Positions 56,846-64,000 of a DNA stretch of 64,000 nucleotides are shown here, piece by piece; the stretch's first letter is position 1, and the number at the start of each line of letters is the position of its first letter. The DNA lies in NCBI GenBank assembly GCA_016191115.1, contig JACPPG010000023.1, forward strand, positions 69,062 through 133,061, given 5' to 3'. The notes under the pieces were generated by a model. That model was not told the origin of the DNA and did not search any database. It saw only the letters and a program-made list of their open reading frames with translations. The stretch is from Planctomycetia bacterium (lineage in GTDB: Bacteria > Planctomycetota > Planctomycetia > Pirellulales > JACPPG01). The position numbers and the translations under genes are program-made.

Positions 56846-56889
56846 CCACAATCCGCACCACACCGCCGCGAGAGGTACACCAAGTCTCC

Positions 56890-57474
56890 ATGCACATCCC
56901 AGCGCCGCATTTTTTCCTGTTCTCGCAAGCGAACGGGGAAAAACAACAGGGCGAATGGAGCTTCGTCCTCAAAGCGGCTGACGGATCGGCCCAATGGGAA
57001 GCCGCCGACGCGGAACCCGAAATCCGCGGCGAGCGCCTCGAGCTGTTGGCCGTCGTCCGTGGTCTGGAGGCCCTCGACCAGCCTTCCCGCGTGACGCTCG
57101 TCACGCCCAGCCGCTACGTCAACAGCGGCATCTCCTACGGCCTGGACGAATGGGGCCGCAACGACTGGAACTGGGAGTGCTTCGGCGAGATGGTGCCGGT
57201 CAAGAACCGGGACTTGTGGCAACGGCTGGACCGGGCGCTGCGAATTCATCGGATCGAGGGCGCGATCCTCCGCCACGATCCGCCGCACGCGCCCGGCGCG
57301 GCTTGTGACAGCGCCGAGGGCGTTGCGCCTGGCCCCCCGGTGCGCGGCTTGCGAGCTGGCCTGCGCAGCTTGCTCGCGGCCCTTGGCCACCGTCTTGAGG
57401 AGCGGGCGGAGCGGGCGTGGCTCTTCTGTGCGCAGCTCGGAACTTCTTTGCTACCCAGCCCTTGGCTCGATTGA
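56890..57474 (+). CDS. RNase HI-like protein with substituted catalytic residues
   Basis: It is collinear with E. coli RNase HI: [26 protein letters not shown] and [16 protein letters not shown]. The positions of D10 and D70 read Q (FSQANG) and P (TPS). Confidence 0.7.
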   Translation: MHIPAPHFFLFSQANGEKQQGEWSFVLKAADGSAQWEAADAEPEIRGERLELLAVVRGLEALDQPSRVTLVTPSRYVNSGISYGLDEWGRNDWNWECFGEMVPVKNRDLWQRLDRALRIHRIEGAILRHDPPHAPGAACDSAEGVAPGPPVRGLRAGLRSLLAALGHRLEERAERAWLFCAQLGTSLLPSPWLD

Positions 57475-57569
57475 CCGCGTCCCGCGGCGTGGGCATTGGC
57501 CGGCACACGGCTGGACGAACCAACCCTGAAAAACCACAATCGACTGCGAAACGGCAAGGAGGTTGCACT

Positions 57570-59786
57570 GTGCGTACGACAGTTGCCTTGGAGAAGGTAG
57601 GACGGCTGATCGAGGGCCGCGACGAGAACCCCTTTGACCTCTTGGGACCCCATGAGGTTGTCGACGGGGACCGCCGGGCATTGGCGGTGCGGGCGTACCT
57701 GCCCCACTCGGCGCAGGCCTGGATCGTCGACCCGGTTGCCAGCGCGGGCGTTCCGCGGCCGATGCGGCGGATCCACCCGGCCGGCCTGTTCGAGGCGATT
57801 TGTCCGCTGCCGCCGGAAGGCGCGCCCACGAAATACCTGCTACAGACCGCCGACGATCGCGGGAACTTCTCGACGATGCACGATCCGTACGCGTTCCCCC
57901 ATCTGATGACCGAGTACGACCTGTACTTGCTCAACGAGGGGAAGCATTGGCACAGCTACGACCGCCTGGGGGCGCAATTGCGCTCGATCGACGGCGTCGA
58001 CGGCGTCAATTTCGCCGTGTGGGCCCCCAACGCCACTAGCGTCAGCCTTGTCGGCGACTTCAACGCCTGGGACGGCCGCCGCCACCCCATGCGCAAGCAC
58101 ATTCCCAGTGGCTTCTGGGAGCTGTTCGTGCCGGGGCTGGGCGAAGGGACGCTGTACAAATTTCAGATCAAGCACGGCGACTGGGTCTTCGAGAAATCGG
58201 ACCCCTACGGCTTCGCGGCCGAGCTGCCGCCGCGCACCGCCTCGAAGGTCGCCAATCTCGACCGCTACCTCTGGCACGACAACGAGTGGATGGCCCGCCG
58301 CCGCGAGACGAGCGCGCTGGACGCGCCGATGGCGTTCTACGAAGTCCACCTGGGGAGTTGGAAGCGGCCCGGCGAAGATCCGCACCGCTGGCTCACCTAC
58401 CGCGAGCTGGCCCACGATCTGGTGGAGTACGCCAAGTGGATGGGCTTCACGCACCTCGAACTCTTGCCGGTCAGCGAGCATCCCTTCTCCGGAAGCTGGG
58501 GCTACCAGACCGTCGGCTACTTCGCCCCAACGAGCCGTTACGGGACGCCGGAAGACTTCATGTACTTTGTCGACCACTGCCACCAGAACGGGCTGGGCGT
58601 GGTCCTCGACTGGGTGCCCGCGCACTTCCCGCGCGACGGGCACGGCCTGCGCCTCTTCGACGGCACGGCCCTGTACGAGCACGCCGACCCGCGCAAGGGA
58701 GAGCATCGCGACTGGGGGACGCTGATCTTCAACTACGGCCGGCACGAGGTCAGCAACTTCCTGCTCTCCAACGCCCTGTTCTGGCTCGACAAGTACCACA
58801 TCGACGGGCTGCGCGTCGACGCGGTCGCGTCGATGATCTACCTCGACTACAGCCGCGAGCCAGGCGAGTGGATCCCCAACCAGTTCGGCGGCCGCGAGAA
58901 CCTGGAAGCGATCAGCTTCTTGAAGGAGCTCAACGAGCAGGCCCACCTGCAGCACCCCGGCGTGCTGACGATCGCCGAGGAATCAACCGCCTGGCCCAGC
59001 GTCTCGCGCCCCACGTACGTCGGCGGCCTGGGGTTCAGCCTGAAGTGGAACATGGGCTGGATGAACGACACCATCCGCTACATGCGGCACGACCCGGTCC
59101 ACCGCAAGTACCACCACGACGAGCTGACGTTCAGCCTGATCTACGCCTTCCACGAGAATTTCGTGCTCCCCCTGTCGCACGACGAGGTGGTACACGGCAA
59201 GGGATCGCTCCTCGACCAGGTGCCCGGCGACCTGTGGCAGAAGTTCGCCAACCTGCGCCTCTTGTACGCGTACATGTGGACGCACCCGGGCAAGAAGCTC
59301 CTGTTCATGGGCTGTGAGTTCGGGCAGTGGAACGAATGGAACTACGACACCAGCTTGCAATGGCACCTGATGCAGTGGGAATCGCACCAGGGCGTGCAGA
59401 AGCTGGTGGCCGATCTGAACAAGCTCATGCACCGCGAGCCGGCGCTCTTCCAGGTCGATTTCGACTACACAGGCTTCGAGTGGATCGACTGCCACAATTA
59501 CGACGAGAGCGTGCTGGGCTACATCCGCCGGGCGAAAGACCCAGGCGATTTCCTGGTCGTGTGCTGCAACTTCACGCCCACCCCGCGGCTGGAACACCGG
59601 ATGGGCGTTCCGGAGATGTGCTGGTACGAAGAGATCTTCAACACCGACTCGACGTACTACGGCGGCAGCAACCTCGGCAACGGCCCCGGCATCATGGCCG
59701 AAGAAATCCCCAGCCACGGAAGGCCGTGCTCGCTCAAGCTGGTGCTCCCGCCCCTGGCGTTGACGGTGCTCAAGCCGCGACGATAG
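57570..59786 (+). CDS. glgB: 1,4-alpha-glucan branching enzyme
   Basis: The GTG start at 57570 is preceded by [50 protein letters not shown] and [13 protein letters not shown] are GH13 branching-enzyme motifs. Confidence 0.95.
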   Translation: MRTTVALEKVGRLIEGRDENPFDLLGPHEVVDGDRRALAVRAYLPHSAQAWIVDPVASAGVPRPMRRIHPAGLFEAICPLPPEGAPTKYLLQTADDRGNFSTMHDPYAFPHLMTEYDLYLLNEGKHWHSYDRLGAQLRSIDGVDGVNFAVWAPNATSVSLVGDFNAWDGRRHPMRKHIPSGFWELFVPGLGEGTLYKFQIKHGDWVFEKSDPYGFAAELPPRTASKVANLDRYLWHDNEWMARRRETSALDAPMAFYEVHLGSWKRPGEDPHRWLTYRELAHDLVEYAKWMGFTHLELLPVSEHPFSGSWGYQTVGYFAPTSRYGTPEDFMYFVDHCHQNGLGVVLDWVPAHFPRDGHGLRLFDGTALYEHADPRKGEHRDWGTLIFNYGRHEVSNFLLSNALFWLDKYHIDGLRVDAVASMIYLDYSREPGEWIPNQFGGRENLEAISFLKELNEQAHLQHPGVLTIAEESTAWPSVSRPTYVGGLGFSLKWNMGWMNDTIRYMRHDPVHRKYHHDELTFSLIYAFHENFVLPLSHDEVVHGKGSLLDQVPGDLWQKFANLRLLYAYMWTHPGKKLLFMGCEFGQWNEWNYDTSLQWHLMQWESHQGVQKLVADLNKLMHREPALFQVDFDYTGFEWIDCHNYDESVLGYIRRAKDPGDFLVVCCNFTPTPRLEHRMGVPEMCWYEEIFNTDSTYYGGSNLGNGPGIMAEEIPSHGRPCSLKLVLPPLALTVLKPRR

Positions 59787-59813
59787 AGCGAGCGTCGCGC
59801 GCGAGTCGAATCG

Positions 59814-60012
59814 AGAGCCCCGCGAGGGGCGACAGCACGTAGCCGTGGGCGCAAGCCCACGGTTTGCGATTGCCAATCGCTTCCCGTGAGCCCCAACGGG
59901 GCGACATCGCGCGTCGCGGTGGCGCGCCGCATTGAACCCGGTGTCGCCCCTTGCGGGGCTCCTACCGCAAGGTTGTATCGCGAACCGTGGGCTTGCGCCC
60001 ACGGCTACAGAC
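59814..60012. repeat. cluster of REP-D hairpin units
   Basis: The units are GAGCCCCGCGAGGGGCGACAG, CCGTGGGCGCAAGCCCACGG, GAGCCCCAACGGGGCGACAT, GTCGCCCCTTGCGGGGCTC and CCGTGGGCTTGCGCCCACGG. Direct reading; the cluster lies downstream of glgB. Confidence 0.75.
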
Positions 60013-60377
60013 CTTCGCCGCGTACGCGGCTGTCCTACGCTCCGGCCTCGGTCCGCGCTGTCGCCGAACACGCTCAAGATCCCGCTGGGGCCGAAAACGT
60101 CGCGGTGATCGACAGCATCCGCCGCGACTCCAAGCACTCGCCAAGGGAGGTAAATCGGCGCGGCGCGCGCGACCGCCTCGCGGAGCGGCGATGGGATCGT
60201 CTCGTCAGTAGCTTGCGATATGTGGACATCGGAATCTCGCAGTTGCCAGGTGTTGCGAGTACCCCTTGCCGGGAGCCGAGCGCGGGCGAACATCACGATC
60301 AGGAGTTGCCGCCACCCTTAGCGCGATCGCTGCTCGACCGATGCCGCGCTCCCTGCGCGGAGCTGATTGGGCACCGC

Positions 60378-61703
60378 TCAATCGACCTCCTCATGCTCAT
60401 GCTCACCCAGCCGCGTTTGATGCGTCTCGGCCGCTAACCAGACGGACACCAGCGTGATCGCCGCCAGCAGGATCATGTAAACGGCGATCGGCCACGACTG
60501 GCGGCCGCTCCACTCGAGCAGGCCAATTGAGATGAGGGGCGCCACGCCGCCGGCCAGCGGCGCGGCCAGGTGGTAGCCGATCGACGCGCCGGTGTAGCGG
60601 ACCTCGGTGCCAAAAAGCTCGGCAAAGAACGCCGCTTGCGGGGCGTACATGAGCGATTGCACCGCCAGCCCAAAAACGATCGCCAGGACGATGATGGTCG
60701 CGTTGCCGGTGTCGAGCATCCAGAAGAACGGGAACGCAAAAGCGGCCAGCCCCAGCGCGCCCGCCAGATAGACCGGGCGGCGGCCGACGCGGTCGGACAG
60801 GATGCCATAAACGGGAATCACGAAGAACTGCAGCGCGGAGGCGATGATGACGCCCGTCAAAGCCGCATCGCTCGCATCGGGAAACTTGTCCTTGATGTAA
60901 GTGAGCACGAAGACGGTCAGGATATAGTAGCTGCCGTTTTCCGCCAGTCGGGCGCCGATGGCCAATACCACGTTCCGCGGATAGCGCCTGAGGACCTCGA
61001 AGAACGGCACGCGAGCTTCTTGCTTCCGGTCGCGCATCCGGGCAAACAGCGGGCTCTCAAGAATCCGCAGGCGGATGAACAGCCCGACGCAAAGCAAGAG
61101 AATGCCCAGCAAGAACGGAATGCGCCACCCCCAGTGGACAAACTGGTCGTGGGGCAGCAGCCAGTAAAACAGCTTGAAGACCCCGGTGGCCAGGACCATG
61201 CCGGCCGGGACCCCGGCTTGCACCCAGCTTGCGTTCAGGCCCCGGCGGCCGTGGTGGCCGTGCTCCACGACCATCAGCACCGCGCCGCCCCATTCGCCGC
61301 CGACGCCGAAGCCTTGCACGAACCGCAACAAGACCAAGAGCGCCGGCGCGGCCGCCCCGATCTGCCCGTACGTCGGCAAAACGCCGATCAGAAACGTCGC
61401 CATGCCCATCAGCATCAGCGTCGTCACCAGCATCGACTTCCGGCCCATCCGGTCGCCGAAGTGCCCGAACACGACGGCGCCGACGGGCCGGGCGAAGAAC
61501 CCGACGGCGTAAGTGGCGAACGACGCCATCGTGCCGGCCAGGGAATCGAACGTCGGGAAGAATATCTCGTTGAACACCAGCGCCGCGGCCGTCGCGTACA
61601 GAAAGAAGTCGTACCACTCGATCGTCGTGCCGATAAGGCTGGCCAGGACGACGCGAGCGACAGTATTGGTGGGCGCGGCGGCGTCAGGCTCGCGAGTGGA
61701 CAT
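60378..61703 (-). CDS. MFS transporter, metabolite:H+ symporter (MHS, ProP/KgtP-like) family
   Basis: IEWYDFFLYATAAALVFNEIFFP...GFFARPVGAVVFGHFGDRMGRK is the MHS signature. There are 12 TM segments. Confidence 0.88.
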   Translation of the reverse strand: MSTREPDAAAPTNTVARVVLASLIGTTIEWYDFFLYATAAALVFNEIFFPTFDSLAGTMASFATYAVGFFARPVGAVVFGHFGDRMGRKSMLVTTLMLMGMATFLIGVLPTYGQIGAAAPALLVLLRFVQGFGVGGEWGGAVLMVVEHGHHGRRGLNASWVQAGVPAGMVLATGVFKLFYWLLPHDQFVHWGWRIPFLLGILLLCVGLFIRLRILESPLFARMRDRKQEARVPFFEVLRRYPRNVVLAIGARLAENGSYYILTVFVLTYIKDKFPDASDAALTGVIIASALQFFVIPVYGILSDRVGRRPVYLAGALGLAAFAFPFFWMLDTGNATIIVLAIVFGLAVQSLMYAPQAAFFAELFGTEVRYTGASIGYHLAAPLAGGVAPLISIGLLEWSGRQSWPIAVYMILLAAITLVSVWLAAETHQTRLGEHEHEEVD

Positions 61704-61713
61704 GTGGTCAGAA

Positions 61714-61741
61714 GCCGGCAGCGGCAGCCGGCAGCCGGCAG
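61714..61741. repeat. GCCGGCA/GCGGCA heptamer-type microrepeat; a second one (CAGCGGT x2) lies at 61794-61813
   Basis: GCCGGCAGCGGCAGCCGGCAGCCGGCAG starts 11 nt upstream of the MFS start codon. Confidence 0.7.
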
Positions 61742-61761
61742 AAAAATGGTGAACGGAAACG

Positions 61762-61786
61762 TTTAGCCGCGGCCACGCGGCCGGGG
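61762..61786. repeat. REP-B unit (short variant TTTAGCCGCGGCCACGCGGCCGGGG)
   Basis: Direct reading. Confidence 0.6.
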
Positions 61787-61945
61787 GGACGGCGACAGCG
61801 GTCAGCGGTCAGTTTGGAAGGAACAACAACGGTGCGCCAGCCGGTGAGTGCCCGCCCGTGAGTCCGGTAGAATATGGGCATGCTAGTCGCCAGCGCCAAG
61901 CCCCGCCGCCGGCTGCAACATGAGGGCAACGATGTGCGTCCTCGT

Positions 61946-62102
61946 CAGGGCCATTCTGTTTTTCAAAATGGCGAGGCGGGAAAATGGGACTGGCTCCGAG
62001 CATAAACAGCGCAAGCCCTTTCAGACCAACGTTGCGTCTCGGTGCCTGTCCCACTTTCCCGCCGGTGCGCCGCCGTCCCGCTTGAATCTGTGAATGGCCC
62101 TG
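61946..62102 (+). repeat. F1 element, copy E (full length, both inverted-repeat ends intact)
   Basis: CAGGGCCATTCTGTTTTTCAAAATGGCG...CTTGAATCTGTGAATGGCCCTG. One core substitution. Confidence 0.9.
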
Positions 62103-62171
62103 GCGTCTTCGTGGCGCCTGGCGGTTCTCTACTTCTGGGATTGCTATAATCCGGGTTCCTCGCTAAATCGC

Positions 62172-62912
62172 ATGGGCATCAAGTTCGATTGCGTGCATTG
62201 CGGCCACACGCTCCACGTCAAGGATTTTCTCGCCGGCAAGCGGGGCATCTGCCCCAAGTGCCAGGGGAAGGTCGATATCCCCGAGATGAGCGCGGCTGCC
62301 ACCGACGCGCAGCAAGAGCCCGGCATGGCATCGGTCGAGTTGCCGCTAGTCGACGGGCACGGCGTCGCTGATGCGGCGAGCACGGAGCGCGCGGCTTCGC
62401 AAACCGTTCCGGCCGCCGGAGGTCATGCCGCGGTCGGCGATCCCATCGCCGAGGCGCCGCAGCTCCACTGGTACGTGCTGCCGCCCGGCTCCATGACCAA
62501 GTACGGTCCAGCGGCGGGCGAAATGATGCGCACGTGGATCAACGAAGGCCGGGTCAGTCCGGATTCGCTCGTGTGGCGCGAAGGATGGCCGCAATGGCGC
62601 GTGGCGTCCGTGGCGTTTCCGCGACTTGGCGCGGCCACCGGTGCGAATCAGGCCACGGCGCAAGTCGCGGGTGCTCCGTCAGCCGGCGGCAACAGGCCGG
62701 CAGCGAAGTCCGACGCCAAGACGGACGACAAATCAGCCGTGATGATTCCCATCGTGGACGAACCCGTGGTGCGGCCAACCCGTGACAAGGGCGGACGACC
62801 GCAATCGGCCACGCAGCGGACGCAGTCCAAGCGCAATCTGTTGATTGCCGTGGCGGCAACGCTCTTCGTGGGCCTGCTTCTGGCGCTGATTGTCGTACTC
62901 GTCAACCAGTAA
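62172..62912 (+). CDS. zinc-ribbon + GYF_2 (DUF4339)-like domain protein with C-terminal TM anchor
   Basis: Trimmed to ATG 62172 (MGIKFDCVHCGH...ICPKCQG). WYVLPPGSMTKYGPAAGEMMRTWINEGRVSPDSLVWREGWPQWRVA is GYF_2-like. The TM segment is LLIAVAATLFVGLLLALIVVLV. Confidence 0.7.
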   Translation: MGIKFDCVHCGHTLHVKDFLAGKRGICPKCQGKVDIPEMSAAATDAQQEPGMASVELPLVDGHGVADAASTERAASQTVPAAGGHAAVGDPIAEAPQLHWYVLPPGSMTKYGPAAGEMMRTWINEGRVSPDSLVWREGWPQWRVASVAFPRLGAATGANQATAQVAGAPSAGGNRPAAKSDAKTDDKSAVMIPIVDEPVVRPTRDKGGRPQSATQRTQSKRNLLIAVAATLFVGLLLALIVVLVNQ

Positions 62913-62976
62913 CAGACGACGCGGGTCGGTTTCGCAGCCCGACAACACGATTTGACATCGGCGCGCTGCTGATCGT

Positions 62977-63062
62977 TTGTAGGAGGCGACTCCTGTCGCC
63001 GATGAGCGCGCGGCTTGCAGCGGTAATCGCTACGGATCGGCGACGGAGTCGCCTCTTACAAA
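62977..63062. repeat. REP-A inverted pair
   Basis: TTGTAGGAGGCGACTCCTGTCGCCGA ... TCGGCGACGGAGTCGCCTCTTACAA. Confidence 0.8.
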
Positions 63063-63171
63063 GAGGAAACGGCCGTCGCCCGCCGCGTGGCTACATTGGC
63101 CGCTCAGCCCGCGTGGGCTACAATTGCGTGCCCACGGTAGTGCGACCGCCCTCCATCCGAGGAAACCCGCC

Positions 63172-63735
63172 ATGAATCGCCATCCGATCTCGATAGCATG
63201 TGTTCTGTTGCTCTTCGCGGCTGTCCCGAGTCGAGCCGTGACCGACGAGCCGGCCCCGCCCAAGTCGTTCGTGGTGGGGGACGCGTACAAGCTGATTCCG
63301 CCGGCCGGTTGGGCCGTGAAGCAGCCGCGCAGCCGGATCGTGGAGCACGAGTTCGCCGTTCCAGCGGCCAAGGGAGATGAGCTCGAAGGCCGCGTCACCG
63401 TAATGGGCGCCGGCGGCAGCGTGGAGGCCAATATCGATCGCTGGTACCAGCAGTTCACGCAACCCGACGGCGGTAACACTAAAGAGCGGGCCAAGGTCGA
63501 GAAGAAGACGATCGCCGGCCAGGAAGTGACCAGCGTCGACATCGCAGGCACGTTCATGGACCGCGCCGGGCCGCAGGCCCCTGCAGTCGAGCGGAAGAAC
63601 TACCGCATGCTGGGGGCGATCATCCAGACAAAGCAGGCCGGCAACTATTTTATCAAGTTCTATGGACCACAGCGGACGGTAGCCGAAAACAAGGCGGCCT
63701 TCGACAAAATGCTCGACAGCCTGGAGCGAAAGTAG
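63172..63735 (+). CDS. secreted hypothetical protein
   Basis: Trimmed to ATG 63172 (signal peptide MNRHPISIACVLLLFAAVPSRA). Coding-like composition. I recognise no family. Confidence 0.6.
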   Translation: MNRHPISIACVLLLFAAVPSRAVTDEPAPPKSFVVGDAYKLIPPAGWAVKQPRSRIVEHEFAVPAAKGDELEGRVTVMGAGGSVEANIDRWYQQFTQPDGGNTKERAKVEKKTIAGQEVTSVDIAGTFMDRAGPQAPAVERKNYRMLGAIIQTKQAGNYFIKFYGPQRTVAENKAAFDKMLDSLERK

Positions 63736-63766
63736 AGCGGGCCAGGGAGTCGCGCCGGCGCGGATG

Positions 63767-63837
63767 GGGAGGGCGAGGCTCCCGCCGAGCCGCTGATCGC
63801 GGTCGACGCCGCGGCTCGGCGGGAGCCTCGCCCTCCC
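63767..63837. repeat. perfect 27-bp-stem inverted repeat
   Basis: GGGAGGGCGAGGCTCCCGCCGAGCCGC - 17 nt - GCGGCTCGGCGGGAGCCTCGCCCTCCC. Direct reading. It lies between two co-directional genes, and no T-run follows it. Confidence 0.85.
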
Positions 63838-63857
63838 GAAGCGCGGAATTGAAACGC

Positions 63858-64000
63858 TTATGAAGATTCAGCAATTCCTCGATCACCACGGCGTGAGCGC
63901 GAACCCGTTTTCGGAGGAGGATGCCCAGACCGACCCGGTCTTCAAGGATCATTGCATCTACAGCACGCACCATCCCAGTTGGGACAAGGTGTACGGCGAC
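63858..64000 (+). CDS. hypothetical protein, N-terminal fragment (possibly ExeA-like AAA ATPase); runs off the window
   Basis: The ATG at 63858 reads MKIQQFLDHHGVSANPFSEEDAQTDPVFKDHCIYSTHHPSWDKVYGD. The 'F..hfGl..NPF' start is reminiscent of ExeA-type ATPases. Confidence 0.4.

Overview
This is a high-G+C bacterial chromosomal segment. The gene content points to Planctomycetota, probably Pirellulales-like: a DUF1549/DUF1553 + DUF1501 pair, a DUF1559 'H-X9-DG' pseudopilin, a secreted protein with the N-terminal 'LEDR' motif, and H4MPT-linked mch. I support about 54 protein genes, mostly housekeeping or metabolic. They include the glyoxylate shunt aceB-aceA with a divergent LysR regulator, mop, a MacAB-type efflux operon, a CbpA-like J-protein, rnpA-yidD, smc, moaC, a polyprenyl synthase, nrdR and rpoN. 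They also include the conserved ffs-dnaX-ybaB-recR block (SRP RNA found by eye at 41319-41420), a ParDE toxin-antitoxin pair, a DtxR-type regulator, mch plus an ATP-grasp ligase, a lactate permease, a quinol-type NO reductase plus a Zn-ADH, a TolC-like protein, glgB and an MFS transporter. I saw no rRNA, tRNA, CRISPR array, integrase, transposase, reverse transcriptase or recognisable defence genes. The unusual part is the intergenic DNA. (1) Family F1 is a ~157-bp hairpin-rich element with inverted-repeat ends, present in five nearly identical copies. (2) Family F2 is a ~125-bp palindromic MITE with perfect 19-bp terminal inverted repeats and 8-bp target-site duplications, present as two full copies and one half copy. 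(3) At least four shorter REP-like hairpin families and several heptamer microrepeats are also present. Gene-level observations worth a second look: an A10 run in dnaX with a -1-frame stop two codons downstream (a gamma/tau-type recoding candidate); an RNase HI homologue lacking two of the four catalytic carboxylates; an excisionase-HTH + degenerate-receiver regulator behind ~1 kb of apparently non-coding DNA; an orphan FlgI-like/HEAT lipoprotein; and a DUF1549/1553 protein carrying a ~400-aa Ala-rich coiled-coil insert. Limits: everything is by-eye reading of the sequence and the supplied ORF track. There were no database searches, no RNA folding and no computed statistics. Start codons and repeat boundaries are approximate (a few nt), and family assignments come from remembered motifs.
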